Shown piece after piece: positions 37,842 through 48,481 of a stretch of 64,000 nucleotides of DNA. Every line of letters begins with the position of its first letter. Within the stretch, counting starts at the first letter, position 1. Position numbers and translations under genes: made by a program. The notes below the pieces were generated by a model that had not been told where the DNA came from, did no database searches, and saw nothing but the letters and a program-made list of their open reading frames with translations. Source of the DNA: an uncultured delta proteobacterium (GTDB lineage: Bacteria; Bdellovibrionota; FAC87; UBA2466); NCBI GenBank assembly GCA_963778115.1, contig CAVZSV010000004.1:194607-258606 (forward strand), given 5' to 3'.

Positions 37842-38888
37842 ATGAAGCCCTCATGGCCCCAGAAACTTAGCCAATGGTACAAACTCCAAGCCCGTCCTCT
37901 GCCATGGCGAAAAAATCACGACCCCTATCAAATCTGGATATCGGAGGTGATGCTGCAGCAGACTCAAGTCACTACCGTGCTTCCCTATTACGCTAAGTTT
38001 ATGGCGAAATTTCCGACGGTCCAGTCGCTAGCCAACGCCAAAGAGAGCGAGGTGCTAACCTTGTGGTCGGGGTTGGGATACTACTCTCGGGCGAGAAATC
38101 TTCATCGTGGGGCTCAGTTTGTCGTGGAAAAATATAGAGGTAGCTTTCCTAATACCCGCGAAGCCATGCTAGAGATTGCTGGAGTGGGACCTTACACAGC
38201 GGGAGCAGTTCTTAGTATCGCCTATGATCTTCCCGAGCCTCTCGTCGATGGAAACGTCCAGCGAGTGTTCGCACGTTTTTTCGGAATTCGAGAGTCTTTG
38301 CAAGCTCAGGCCACTCAAAAGCAGTTTTGGCTGAAAGCGTCCGAAGCAGTCAAGCAGGCGCAGTCTCCCCGGATCTTTAACCAAGCTCTGATGGAGCTAG
38401 GAGCAACGGTCTGCATCAAAGGGACTCCGCGCTGTGGCCAGTGCCCCATTCAAAACTCTTGCATCGCCTCAAAAAATAATTGGCAACAGGAGCTGCCCCT
38501 TAAGAAAGTGCAAAAAGAAAAAGTCCATCTTTGGTGGGCTCCTCTCGTGTTGGAAGCCAAAGGAAAGATCTATTTAAAGAAAAATCCCAAAGGAGAATGG
38601 TGGGCCGATCTATGGGATTTTCCCCGAGTGGCGGCTGACAAGCCCGAATTTCTGGAAAACGAAATTGAACGCATGGGAAAAAAGCTTTCTTACCGGAGCA
38701 AGCGGCATTTACGAAGCGGCAAACACAACGTTACCCACCACCACATTCATGTGACGCCTTACCATTTTACTCTGGATAAAATGCAGTTGGTCGCGGACGA
38801 TGACGGCGAATGGTTTCTGGCCAAAGATGCCGAAGGGCTTGCTCTTTCCTCGCTCGCGAGAAAAGTATTAGCCCACTGGGCCGAGTGA
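37842..38888 (+). CDS. mutY: A/G-specific adenine glycosylase
   Basis: SEVMLQQT, W.GLGYYSRARNL, HhH-GPD, C-x6-C-x2-C-x5-C. Confidence 0.96.
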   Translation: MKPSWPQKLSQWYKLQARPLPWRKNHDPYQIWISEVMLQQTQVTTVLPYYAKFMAKFPTVQSLANAKESEVLTLWSGLGYYSRARNLHRGAQFVVEKYRGSFPNTREAMLEIAGVGPYTAGAVLSIAYDLPEPLVDGNVQRVFARFFGIRESLQAQATQKQFWLKASEAVKQAQSPRIFNQALMELGATVCIKGTPRCGQCPIQNSCIASKNNWQQELPLKKVQKEKVHLWWAPLVLEAKGKIYLKKNPKGEWWADLWDFPRVAADKPEFLENEIERMGKKLSYRSKRHLRSGKHNVTHHHIHVTPYHFTLDKMQLVADDDGEWFLAKDAEGLALSSLARKVLAHWAE

Positions 38889-38956
38889 ACCGGCGAGCGG
38901 ACACCCCAAAAACCTGCTAACATATGAGCCATACACTCTTAAAGAGGGATAGACTC

Positions 38957-39607
38957 ATGAATCGCCTTAATCGCATGACCATGAATCGCATGACCATGAA
39001 TTACATGACACTTCCTTTTTTATTGCTGTGCATCATCTCGAGCTTTGCCAAAGCCGCTTTGATTCCTGATTCCATCCCCAGAGCTCCGACCGACACTTTC
39101 GTCGAGGATGGCCTTTATGAAGGGGGCAGTGGAAAGCGCGCCAATCTGGAGAGCCTCCGACTCGCCGAACACAACGACGACGGTGGATACGAACGCTGGG
39201 TCATCGATTTTTCCGATCCCGCCACCGGGAAGGTGGGGACCATCGCTCCAAAATTTCAGATCCGTTATCTTAAACAAGAAAGAAACGTCTACTCCGAAGG
39301 CAAGACCTATGTGAAAAAGCCCGCTAAATTTTTATTCTTTTTTCGCAATATCGCCAAAAACTATCTAGATCAAGAGCTGGTATCAAAGTTGGCTATGAAA
39401 AGTCAGTTCGTAAAAAAGATAATCCTCTACCCCCCTATTGAACAGGGTGATATGGCGATGGAATTCATTCTTAATGACAATATCGCGTTTGAAACCCATC
39501 AGCCCATCCAAAAGGAAGGGCGCTTGGTATTGGATATTAAGGCGATAGGGACCGATACATCTTCCCCCGCCTCGTCCATCCCATCCGTCTCAACGGGGAC
39601 TCCCTAA
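38957..39607 (+). CDS. Hypothetical secreted protein (AMIN-like)
   Basis: GAGGG RBS; signal peptide; GYERWVIDF..RLVLDIK. Confidence 0.7.
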   Translation: MNRLNRMTMNRMTMNYMTLPFLLLCIISSFAKAALIPDSIPRAPTDTFVEDGLYEGGSGKRANLESLRLAEHNDDGGYERWVIDFSDPATGKVGTIAPKFQIRYLKQERNVYSEGKTYVKKPAKFLFFFRNIAKNYLDQELVSKLAMKSQFVKKIILYPPIEQGDMAMEFILNDNIAFETHQPIQKEGRLVLDIKAIGTDTSSPASSIPSVSTGTP

Positions 39608-39627
39608 ACGTCACACCTTTTTATCGC

Positions 39628-39656
39628 TGGTCAAATTTCGACAGGGGGATTAAATT
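39628..39656 (+). promoter_or_regulatory. Sigma70-type promoter, probably leaderless maeB
   Basis: TGGTCA-N17-TAAATT-N7-GTG. Confidence 0.5.
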
Positions 39657-39663
39657 CGCCCTT

Positions 39664-42009
39664 GTGAATAATTCAGAACTTCCTTCATCTAGTCCTAAAG
39701 AAAGCCGCGCGGCACTCGAATACCACAGCCAAGGAAGACCCGGAAAGATCGAGGTCATCTCCTCCAAGTCCTGTAAGACTCAAAGAGATCTCTCCCTGGC
39801 CTATACTCCAGGTGTTGCCGTTCCGTGCATGGAGATTTTTAAAAATCCAGGTGACGTCTATAAATATACGTCCAAAGGTAACCTTGTCGCCGTCATCTCC
39901 AATGGTACCGCCGTTTTGGGACTTGGCAATCTAGGTCCGGCCGGTGCAAAACCGGTCATGGAAGGCAAAGGAATCCTTTTCAAGCGATTCGCGGACATCG
40001 ACGTTTTCGATATCGAAGTCAATACCGAGGACCCCGAGCAATTTGTCCAGTGTGTGAAATTGCTGGAGCCCACCTTCGGAGGAATCAATCTCGAAGATAT
40101 TAAGGCCCCAGAATGTTTCTACATCGAGGAACAGCTCAAGAAAACCATGCAGATTCCGGTCTTCCACGACGATCAACATGGAACGGCTATTATTTCAGGT
40201 GCTGCTCTGCTTAATGCGTTGGACCTCGTAGAAAAACCGATTGATAAACTCAAAGTCGTTTTCAACGGAGGGGGAGCTGCCGCTGTCGCTTGCGCTAATC
40301 TCTATATACGGCTCGGTGTCAAAAGAGAAAATTTGACCATGTGCGATACCCGCGGCGTCATCTACGAGGGACGCAAGGAAGGCATGAACGAATACAAAGC
40401 GGCTTTCGCCACCAAAGAGAAAGCGCGTACTCTTTCCGAAGCGATGAAAGGATCCGATGTCTTTGTCGGAGTTTCCGTCAAAGGTGCCGTTACTAAAGAG
40501 ATGGTTGCCTCCATGGGGCCGCGCCCTATCGTTTTTGCGATGGCAAACCCCGATCCCGAGATTGGCTACTACGAAGCCAAAGAGGCTAGGCCCGATGTCA
40601 TCATGGCCACGGGACGCTCCGATTTTCCGAATCAGGTGAATAACGTTTTAGGATTTCCGTTTCTTTTTAGAGGGGCTCTCGACGTTCGTGCAAAAGCCAT
40701 TAACGAAGAGATGAAAATAGCTGCCGTACACGCTCTGGCGAAATTAGCCCGTCAGGAAGTTCCCGATAGTGTTTCTAGAGCCTATGGAGGCAAACGTTTC
40801 CGTTTCGGACCCGACTACATCATTCCTAAGCCGTTCGACTCGCGCGTTTTACTATGGGTGTGCCCCGCGGTCGCCCGAGCTGCCATGGAGAGTGGAGTTG
40901 CCCAACAGAATATCGATCTGGAGCAATATGTCGTTAGCCTCGAAAAACGTTTGGGAATCCGCCAAAGCTTTGTGCGGTCCATCAAAGATAAGATTCAAGT
41001 CCCCGATGCTAAAGTAGGCCTTCCCCGCATCGTCTTCCCGGAAGGTTCGAGTCCTAAGATTTTGCGCGCGTGCGATATTATTGTTCAAGAGCAGATTGCG
41101 ATTCCCATTCTGTTGGGCAACGAAAAACGCATTCAAGGTGTCATCGAGAAGTTGGGCTTAGAAAATCTAAAGAACGCAAAAATTATTATGCCTTCCGCTT
41201 CGGAGCAACGAGAGCTTTACTCGAACGAATTCTGGGAATTGAGACAGCGCAAGGGAGTCACCAAAGAAGCGGCTTTCTCTTTGATGAAGAATGAAAATTA
41301 CTTTGGTTCGATGATGGTCAAACGCGGAGATGCCGATGGCATATTGAGCGGGGTTACCCAAGGATACGCGGAAACTATTCGCCCCTTTTTGCAAACTTGC
41401 GGAGCTCGCAAGGGGATGAAGATGTCCGGCGTCTATATGATGCTATTTAAGGACAGAATCTTATTCCTGGGCGACACGACCGTAAATATCGAGCCTTCCG
41501 CGACCGATCTCGCTGACATCGCTATCTGCTGTGCCGAAGAGGCCCGCTTCTTTGACATTGAACCCCGAGTCGCCATGCTTTCCTTTAGCAACTTCGGAAG
41601 TAATGATCACCCGCTGGCCGCAAAAGTGAGAGAAGCTACACGGTTGGTGAAACTGCGCCGCCCCGATATTCTTATCGATGGCGAAATGCAGGCCGATACC
41701 GCGGTTTCTCCGGAACTCATGGAAGAGAGCTTTCCCTTCTGTGAGATCAAGGGTGGGGCCAATGTATTAATTTTCCCGGATCTGCAGTCGGCCAATATCT
41801 GCTACAAACTCATGCAGCGTATTGGGGGTGCTGAAGCCATTGGGCCCATTCTCATCGGAATGAATAAACCCATTAACGTTCTGCAACGATCAGCGGATGT
41901 GGACGAAATCGTTAATATGGCGATGATTACGGTACTTGAGATCCAAAGCATGGAACGGCATGGTTCGACACTTTCGCTGTCGGGAACCGCAAGCACGCTC
42001 TCGGATTAG
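39664..42009 (+). CDS. maeB: NADP-dependent malic enzyme with phosphotransacetylase-like domain
   Basis: [35 protein letters not shown]. Confidence 0.96.
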   Translation: MNNSELPSSSPKESRAALEYHSQGRPGKIEVISSKSCKTQRDLSLAYTPGVAVPCMEIFKNPGDVYKYTSKGNLVAVISNGTAVLGLGNLGPAGAKPVMEGKGILFKRFADIDVFDIEVNTEDPEQFVQCVKLLEPTFGGINLEDIKAPECFYIEEQLKKTMQIPVFHDDQHGTAIISGAALLNALDLVEKPIDKLKVVFNGGGAAAVACANLYIRLGVKRENLTMCDTRGVIYEGRKEGMNEYKAAFATKEKARTLSEAMKGSDVFVGVSVKGAVTKEMVASMGPRPIVFAMANPDPEIGYYEAKEARPDVIMATGRSDFPNQVNNVLGFPFLFRGALDVRAKAINEEMKIAAVHALAKLARQEVPDSVSRAYGGKRFRFGPDYIIPKPFDSRVLLWVCPAVARAAMESGVAQQNIDLEQYVVSLEKRLGIRQSFVRSIKDKIQVPDAKVGLPRIVFPEGSSPKILRACDIIVQEQIAIPILLGNEKRIQGVIEKLGLENLKNAKIIMPSASEQRELYSNEFWELRQRKGVTKEAAFSLMKNENYFGSMMVKRGDADGILSGVTQGYAETIRPFLQTCGARKGMKMSGVYMMLFKDRILFLGDTTVNIEPSATDLADIAICCAEEARFFDIEPRVAMLSFSNFGSNDHPLAAKVREATRLVKLRRPDILIDGEMQADTAVSPELMEESFPFCEIKGGANVLIFPDLQSANICYKLMQRIGGAEAIGPILIGMNKPINVLQRSADVDEIVNMAMITVLEIQSMERHGSTLSLSGTASTLSD

Positions 42010-42018
42010 AATCTGGGG

Positions 42019-42630
42019 TTAATAGAGTACGACATTCTCTCGAAGTATCTGCGTCTTAGTCCCTTCGAGCCGAATCTCGTGAAAGCTTCCTATCGTTTGA
42101 AGTCCTATCTGTTCGAAGGCTCTTCCTCGCAAATGTGACATCAGGCAATAGTTTGTCGTACTGTGTCCCACGATGGCTATTTTGGAGAATGTGCTATTCA
42201 CGACGGAATCCCAGGCCGCCAATACTCTTTTTTGGATCTCTTCTACCGACTCACCACCAGGAAATCTTAAGGTGCGGAATTCGGCATGGTAACGTCTTGC
42301 CTCTTCGGGAAATTGGATGCGCACTTCGTCCCAGCTCATTCCTTCCCACTTTCCAAATTGAGCTTCGCGAAAGCCGGTATTAATTTCGTGGGGAATTCCC
42401 CCTTTAGCAACGAGTTGACCCACGCGATCGGCACGCCTGAGGCCGGTGGTGATGACTTTGTCTACTTTTTCCAGCACGAGAAATTCAGCATTCACTTGCG
42501 ACATCCGATCTCCCTCGGGGGAGAGATCGCAATCGATGACACCTCGAAACCGTTTCTTATATTTATGATCCACCTCACCGTGGCGAAAGAGATACACGGT
42601 TCTAGGTTCGCAATGAGACGAATGAAGCAT
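42019..42630 (-). CDS. Histidine phosphatase family protein
   Basis: RHG motif; FG.WEG; FPGGES; downstream of lexA. Confidence 0.9.
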   Translation of the reverse strand: MLHSSHCEPRTVYLFRHGEVDHKYKKRFRGVIDCDLSPEGDRMSQVNAEFLVLEKVDKVITTGLRRADRVGQLVAKGGIPHEINTGFREAQFGKWEGMSWDEVRIQFPEEARRYHAEFRTLRFPGGESVEEIQKRVLAAWDSVVNSTFSKIAIVGHSTTNYCLMSHLRGRAFEQIGLQTIGSFHEIRLEGTKTQILRENVVLY

Positions 42631-42636
42631 AATTCT

Positions 42637-43287
42637 TTAGAATCTCCGCTGCAGACCAATCACCTTTCCTTGAATTTGGAAGTCTTCGGTCTGAACGGGA
42701 ATGGGTTTCATTCGCTTATTCTCCGGAACCAAAAAGATTTGGCCTTCATTTTCTTGGTACCGCTTCACGGTCGTTTCGCGATTAAGAAGCGCCACGACAA
42801 TATCTCCGTTTCGAGCCCGATCTTGCTTTTGAACTATGAGCAAATCGCCTTCCAAAATTCCTACCTCCTGCATGCTATCACCGACTACGCGTAGAGCAAA
42901 ACATTCCCCTTTGAGTTGAGAATGCGGCAGAGTTAATGACCCTAATTCAATCTGAGCGGAATCTCGGGTCGGGCCGGCTGCTATCTCTCCATAAATGGGA
43001 ATTTGCCGCACCCCTTCGGGTCGAAAACCCGAGGGAAGTAATCCTCGGGCACGCTTTGCTTTACCGCCTTTGCCCCCCCCTTTTTCAAGAAAGCCTTTGC
43101 TCACCAGAGCCTTTAGATGATCTTGAACGGTCCCTACCGCTTTGTAACCAAAGTGCTCTTGAATCTCTCGATAGGACGGCGGAACCCCTGTCAGTTCGCA
43201 GGTCTTGCGGATGAAATCCAAAATTTCCCTCTGCGTGTCGGTGAGGGGGGGAGGATTTAAAGAATTATCAGTTGATTTATTAACCAT
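42637..43287 (-). CDS. lexA: SOS repressor LexA
   Basis: LT..Q.EILDFI, PPS.REI..FG, AAG cleavage site, GDSM (Ser), TVK (Lys). Confidence 0.95.
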   Translation of the reverse strand: MVNKSTDNSLNPPPLTDTQREILDFIRKTCELTGVPPSYREIQEHFGYKAVGTVQDHLKALVSKGFLEKGGGKGGKAKRARGLLPSGFRPEGVRQIPIYGEIAAGPTRDSAQIELGSLTLPHSQLKGECFALRVVGDSMQEVGILEGDLLIVQKQDRARNGDIVVALLNRETTVKRYQENEGQIFLVPENKRMKPIPVQTEDFQIQGKVIGLQRRF

Positions 43288-43301
43288 ACAATTGTATGGT
43301 A
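43272..43301. promoter_or_regulatory. Overlapping divergent promoters with 18-bp perfect palindrome (candidate LexA operator)
   Basis: ACCATACAATTGTATGGT at 43283-43300; + strand TTGATT-N17-TATGGT; - strand TACCAT 8 nt before the lexA ATG. Confidence 0.7.
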
Positions 43302-43318
43302 CATCTAAAGGAGCGGAT

Positions 43319-44092
43319 TTGTCGAGGAATTTTTTAAACTTAGCCCCCATTTCGACTTCAATCATCCCTACACCGGGCCCGGTTTCTCCCCCCGGACAGC
43401 CGGGCCCGGATCTTCCCTTGGAAGTTACCCAAACCAAGGCAGCCGAATTAGAACAGGCCGAGCGAAAAGTTCATCTGCAAGAACGCAGGGAGAAATCGAC
43501 CGGAGGCGACCGTAGGGTCGTCGAGGACGGTTTCGACCGAGGACGCAGTCAGATGGACTTTGCAGCCGGCCTGAATTTAAGGTTAGAGCATGGTGGACTA
43601 GCGCAAATAACTTCTTTCACGGGGGGATCTAAAACGTGGTTTGCCCTTTCCTGTTTGGGCATGTTTTTAGCGAAAGCCCACGAAGATCCCCCCCTCTCCC
43701 TTTGGATCTCGGATGAGGGGTTGCTTTATCCAGAGGCTATTCATTTTTACTGGAAAATTCCTTTATCGAGACTGCTCCTAGTAAAAGTTCGTTTGACAGA
43801 AGAAGTATGGAAAGTCGCTTTGGAGTCCATTCAGACGGGACTCTTTACTTGGGTCTTTTTGAGAACCCCAGGCTTTTGTCATCCAACCTATTTAAGAAAA
43901 CTTCAATTAAGTGCGGAAAAAACAAAGACTCGAGTGTTGATCTTAGGCTCTCAGAAACTACCTCATTGGACATTACGAGCTTCTGTCGATGTGGATCATA
44001 GCTATGCGCATCCTTTACTTTCAAAGTCAGACCCCTCTCCAAGCTTTCAGCGAAGCCTGTCTTTCATTAACGCCACGAATTTTCGTCCATAA
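43319..44092 (+). CDS. imuA: ImuA/RecA-like mutasome accessory protein
   Basis: AAGGAG + TTG start; degenerate Walker A GGSKT, LYP.A, LSRLLLV, RKLQL.AE; gene context. Confidence 0.75.
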   Translation: MSRNFLNLAPISTSIIPTPGPVSPPGQPGPDLPLEVTQTKAAELEQAERKVHLQERREKSTGGDRRVVEDGFDRGRSQMDFAAGLNLRLEHGGLAQITSFTGGSKTWFALSCLGMFLAKAHEDPPLSLWISDEGLLYPEAIHFYWKIPLSRLLLVKVRLTEEVWKVALESIQTGLFTWVFLRTPGFCHPTYLRKLQLSAEKTKTRVLILGSQKLPHWTLRASVDVDHSYAHPLLSKSDPSPSFQRSLSFINATNFRP

Positions 44093-45245
44093 AGATCACG
44101 AAATTTTTTTGGACATTGGTGTGACAAAGAAGCTTTTCAATGGAGAGAAAAATATCTTAGCTCGAGCGGAAAAGCTCATGCTCTCGTTTAAGATAGCGCC
44201 CAAAATGGTAGTAACCGACCGTTTTGAATGGGCCCGAGTCTTTTTAGAGAAAGATCACAATCACATCCCAGAAGGGAAATCGCATTCAAGGCTAATGGGA
44301 TTACCTATTGACCGGCTTTTAGAATGTGGAGATCCGGCAATGCTTGAAAAGGAGATGCCGGAGAGGATAAAGCTTATCGCCTTCATGAAGCGAGTGGGGC
44401 TAAGAGTCGTTTCCGACTTTGCGCAACTTAACGCTACCGCTATTAATCGCCGTTTTGGAAAATTAGGGGTCCACCTTCAGCAATGGGTAATGGGAACCAG
44501 AGAGCTCTGCCTTCCTCCCTTTACTCCTGAACAGACCCTTAAAGAGACCTTAGACACAGAAGAGATAGGCTCTCTGGAACAACTTTTACTTGAACTAAAA
44601 CCGTTATTCCAAAGAATGGAGGCCAGATTGTTAGGACGCGCTAAACTCGCTCGGGAGATCACCTTTGTCTTTCATCTCGACTCCGGGGAGAAATCCACTA
44701 AATATCTAAAATTATCAGAGCCAATGAGGGAGACCTTTTCCTTTCTAAAACTCATAAAAGATTTTTTAGGAAAAACGACCTGGGAGTCTCCACTCAAAGA
44801 GGTAGAAATCGAAATCACCGACATGATCCCCTTTCTGCCGGGGCAACTTTCTTTATTTGATACTACGGAAAATCGTTTTTCCGAACTATCCCCCTATGTC
44901 GAACGGTTGAAAAATAGGTATGGAGACGACGCTGTCGGATTTGCGGATTTAAAAGAAAGTTATTTGCCAGAGAGATCTTGGAAAATGGTATTCCCCCCCC
45001 CTGCAAATTCGAAAGCCCCTCGCCCTAAATCTTTATTAAGGCCTCCTTTACTTTTCTCTCCCCCCAAGCCCTACTTTCCTTCTCGCAATAGTCGATTGAT
45101 TCCTTCGGAGAATCTAGACTGTGAGTGGTGGGAAGAAGGCGGCCACCGGCGTTACTTTGTGACTCAAAACCCTCAAGGAGAAAGGCTATGGATCTTTTGG
45201 GACTGCGATCGTCAAGAATGGTTCTTGCACGGAACCTTCGACTGA
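44004..45245 (+). CDS. imuB: ImuB, inactive Y-family polymerase-like
   Basis: TPR..EIFLD; RRFG; QLSLF clamp motif; EWW..RRYF..LWIF..WFLHG.FD C-terminus. Confidence 0.85.
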   Translation: MRILYFQSQTPLQAFSEACLSLTPRIFVHKDHEIFLDIGVTKKLFNGEKNILARAEKLMLSFKIAPKMVVTDRFEWARVFLEKDHNHIPEGKSHSRLMGLPIDRLLECGDPAMLEKEMPERIKLIAFMKRVGLRVVSDFAQLNATAINRRFGKLGVHLQQWVMGTRELCLPPFTPEQTLKETLDTEEIGSLEQLLLELKPLFQRMEARLLGRAKLAREITFVFHLDSGEKSTKYLKLSEPMRETFSFLKLIKDFLGKTTWESPLKEVEIEITDMIPFLPGQLSLFDTTENRFSELSPYVERLKNRYGDDAVGFADLKESYLPERSWKMVFPPPANSKAPRPKSLLRPPLLFSPPKPYFPSRNSRLIPSENLDCEWWEEGGHRRYFVTQNPQGERLWIFWDCDRQEWFLHGTFD

Positions 45246-45266
45246 AAGGTAGGACTTCAAAGAGGC

Positions 45267-45323
45267 TGTCATTGCGGGGACCAAAAGAAGTATGCGAGCG
45301 AAGCGATTCGACGAAGCAATCTC
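45267..45323 (+). repeat. GTCATTGCG..CGAAGCAATC-type REP-like element
   Basis: TGTCATTGCG...GCGAGCGAAGCGATTCGACGAAGCAATCTC; relatives at ~55532 and ~62112. Confidence 0.55.
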
Positions 45324-45373
45324 CAGGCATAAGTACCCCGTGATAACAGCAACCCCTTAAAACATTAAATATT

Positions 45374-48300
45374 ATGTTTGCTGAACTTTTCGCAAAAACT
45401 AATTACTCTTTCCTAGAAGGGGCCTCTCATCCGGAAGAGATGGTCGCGATGGCGCGACACCTTAACTACTGCGCTATCGGTATCACCGACAGAAATGGAT
45501 TTTATGGAATCCCCCGTGCTCATATGGCGGCCCTTCAAGCCGGTATCCCCCTTATTATTGGCGCTGAAGTCACTTTAGAAAAAGGTGGTACGGCTTTTTT
45601 GCTCGTTAAAAATAAAAACGGCTATGGAAATCTCTGTGAGCTACTGACTTACCTTCACTGTGAACGAGAAGAAAAAGTCACATGGGAAGATATTTTAAAA
45701 TATTCATCCGATCTTTTCTTATGTCTTCCGCCAAAACTTTTGGATAACCCTTTGGAGAGTCTTCCTTGGGAGCAACTAAAAGCCGCTTTTCCTCAAAGCA
45801 TCTATCTCATCGCCCATCGTTATTTAGATGGAAAAGACCTCTCCACTTTAAAGGCCGTTCTTCACTACAGTGAAGATTTGGGGATTCCCTGTGTGGTGAG
45901 TAATCAGCCTCTCTTTCATCACCCTCAGCGCAAACCCCTACAAGATGTTTTAACCTGCATTCGACATACGTGTACGCTAAAAGACGGGGGATATCGTCTT
46001 CTGGCGAATGCCGAACGCACCTTAAAACCGGAACAAGAGATAAGAAAGTTATTCTCTGACTTTCCAGAATGGGTAGACAACACGACCCGTTTAGCGAAGT
46101 CTTGTCAGTTTAGCCTGAGCGAAATCCATTATCACTATCCCAATGAGTGGATTCCCCAAGGAGAGACTGGCGATTCTTTCTTGGCTAAATTAACGTGGGA
46201 GGGGGCTTCAAAGAGATACGCCAATGACATTCCCGAAAATGCTAAAGCACAAATTCAAAAGGAGCTCGAACTCATCAAACTCCTCAATTATAGCGACTAT
46301 TTTTTGACTATTTGGGACATCGTGCAATTTGCCCAAAGGCAGCAAATCCTCTACCAAGGGCGGGGATCGGCTGCCAACTCTATCGTCTGCTATGTCTTGG
46401 GAATTACCGCCATCGATCCGGTCCGAATGGATTTATTATTCGAACGATTCATTTCCGTCGAAAGAAAGGAACCTCCCGACATCGACATCGACTTTGAACA
46501 TGAAAGGCGTGAAGAGGTGATTCAATACATCTACGATCGTTACGGCAGACACCGAGCTGCTATCACCGCTGAAGTGATCTGCTACCGAAAAAAATCAAGC
46601 CTTCGGGAAGTCGCAAAAGTTTTTAATATCTCTACCTCTATCGTCGGGCAGCTTCTGGTATTAACTCATCGAAAGAGTCTGGAAGAGGTTACCATTGCCG
46701 AATTGGAAAAGGCCATTCCGGAAGTCCCAGCCAAAACTTTAAAACAATACTATGCCACGGCATCTGAACTTCTCTGTTTTCCGAGACACCTAGGAACTCA
46801 CGTGGGGGGATTTGTCCTTTGCAGTGACCAACTCTCTCGTAATATTCCCATCGAAAAAGCAGCCATGCCGGGCAGAACCATTGTTCAGTGGGACAAAAAT
46901 GATCTCGATAGCTTAGGCTTTATTAAAGTAGATATTTTAGGGCTGGGAATTTTAACCGCCATCCGAAAATCATTCGACATCATCAAGAAAACTCATGGAG
47001 TCTCTCTAGGCCTTATTTCGGTCCCTCCCGAAGATCCCAAAGTCTATGCGGCATTCGAAAAGGGCGATACCGTGGGGGTTTTTCAAATAGAATCCCGCGC
47101 CCAAATGAATATGCTACCTCGCCTTCGTCCAAAAAATTTTTACGACCTTGTCGTTGAAATCTCGTTAGTTCGCCCGGGCCCTATTCAAGGAGACATGGTC
47201 CATCCTTATTTAAGGAGGCGCGAGGGAAAAGAGCCCGTGGAATATGCGCATCCTGATCTGGAAGCCATTTTAAAGAAAACTTTTGGAGTCCCGTTATTTC
47301 AAGAACAGATCATGAAAATGGCCATGGTAGTAGCAGATTTCACCGCAGGAGAAGCCGACAAGTTACGACGAGCCATGGGAACGTGGCGACGCCATGGAAA
47401 GAATCGGCTGACTCACATGGGAGAAAAGTTTTGCCGGGGACTTATTAAAAAAGGGATCCGAAAGGATTTTGCCGAACGTATCTTTACCCAAATTGAAGGC
47501 TTCGCCGAATATGGATTTCCGGAGTCCCATGCTGCCTCTTTTGCCATTCTGGCCTATGTCTCAGGCTATCTCCATTTTTACTATCCGGACGCTTATTTGA
47601 CAGCCCTTCTCAATGCCCAACCGATGGGATTTTATCAGCCCCATACGCTTATCCACGATGGACAGAGACATGGAGTTGAAATTTTACCTATCGATATCAA
47701 CCATTCCAATTGGGATAACCTTTGCTCAAAGCCCGGACAAGTTCGCCTGGGGTTTCGAGAGATTAAAGGATTTCCTGAAAGAACCGCTCTGGCCATTGAA
47801 AAAGCTCGCGCTATAGGTCCTTTTGAATCCATTTTGGATTTTGCCATTCGGGTCAGACAAATGCTTCAGCCTATCGCTTTAACCAAAAGAGAGCTCTTTT
47901 TTCTGGCGGGATCTCATGCCTTTGAACTTAAAGGAAGCTCCTTAATCCAGCGACGAGATGCTTTTTGGGAAATACAAGCTCTCCCCCTACAAGATAGCCA
48001 AATCCTCTCCACCAAAGAAAACCAGGTCATCCTCCCTAAAGAAACCTCCTGGGAAAAGGTCTCTTTAGATTATGACTATCAAGGGGTCTCTTTATACGCT
48101 CACCCCATGGCGCTTTTTAGAGACTCCCTTACCACTCAAGGGGTACTCGCTTCCTCAGGCCTTAGATCACCAGCTTCCCGTTTTCTAAAGTCTCGTCGCA
48201 AAATAGCGGTGGCTGGCATGGTAATCTGCCGCCAAATGCCTCCCACGGCTTCTGGGGTTCTTTTTATTACGCTTGAAGATGAATTTGGATTTATCAACTT

Positions 48301-48481
48301 AGTGATTTGGCATTCGGTCTACGAAAAATTTCGGGAGCTTCTCATTACCCATTCTTTTTTAAAGTGTGAAGGCTATGTCGAAAAAGCGGAAGGAACCGAA
48401 GTGACTCATCTCATCGTAGAGTCCGTCACCACACTCTTACCATCCTCTTGTTTACCCTCGGTGTCTCGAGATTTTCACTAG
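45374..48481 (+). CDS. dnaE2: Error-prone DNA polymerase DnaE2 (ImuC)
   Basis: NYSFLEGAS.PEE, GRGSAANS, PPDIDIDF, YGFPESHA, C-terminal SRDFH. Confidence 0.97.
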   Translation: MFAELFAKTNYSFLEGASHPEEMVAMARHLNYCAIGITDRNGFYGIPRAHMAALQAGIPLIIGAEVTLEKGGTAFLLVKNKNGYGNLCELLTYLHCEREEKVTWEDILKYSSDLFLCLPPKLLDNPLESLPWEQLKAAFPQSIYLIAHRYLDGKDLSTLKAVLHYSEDLGIPCVVSNQPLFHHPQRKPLQDVLTCIRHTCTLKDGGYRLLANAERTLKPEQEIRKLFSDFPEWVDNTTRLAKSCQFSLSEIHYHYPNEWIPQGETGDSFLAKLTWEGASKRYANDIPENAKAQIQKELELIKLLNYSDYFLTIWDIVQFAQRQQILYQGRGSAANSIVCYVLGITAIDPVRMDLLFERFISVERKEPPDIDIDFEHERREEVIQYIYDRYGRHRAAITAEVICYRKKSSLREVAKVFNISTSIVGQLLVLTHRKSLEEVTIAELEKAIPEVPAKTLKQYYATASELLCFPRHLGTHVGGFVLCSDQLSRNIPIEKAAMPGRTIVQWDKNDLDSLGFIKVDILGLGILTAIRKSFDIIKKTHGVSLGLISVPPEDPKVYAAFEKGDTVGVFQIESRAQMNMLPRLRPKNFYDLVVEISLVRPGPIQGDMVHPYLRRREGKEPVEYAHPDLEAILKKTFGVPLFQEQIMKMAMVVADFTAGEADKLRRAMGTWRRHGKNRLTHMGEKFCRGLIKKGIRKDFAERIFTQIEGFAEYGFPESHAASFAILAYVSGYLHFYYPDAYLTALLNAQPMGFYQPHTLIHDGQRHGVEILPIDINHSNWDNLCSKPGQVRLGFREIKGFPERTALAIEKARAIGPFESILDFAIRVRQMLQPIALTKRELFFLAGSHAFELKGSSLIQRRDAFWEIQALPLQDSQILSTKENQVILPKETSWEKVSLDYDYQGVSLYAHPMALFRDSLTTQGVLASSGLRSPASRFLKSRRKIAVAGMVICRQMPPTASGVLFITLEDEFGFINLVIWHSVYEKFRELLITHSFLKCEGYVEKAEGTEVTHLIVESVTTLLPSSCLPSVSRDFH

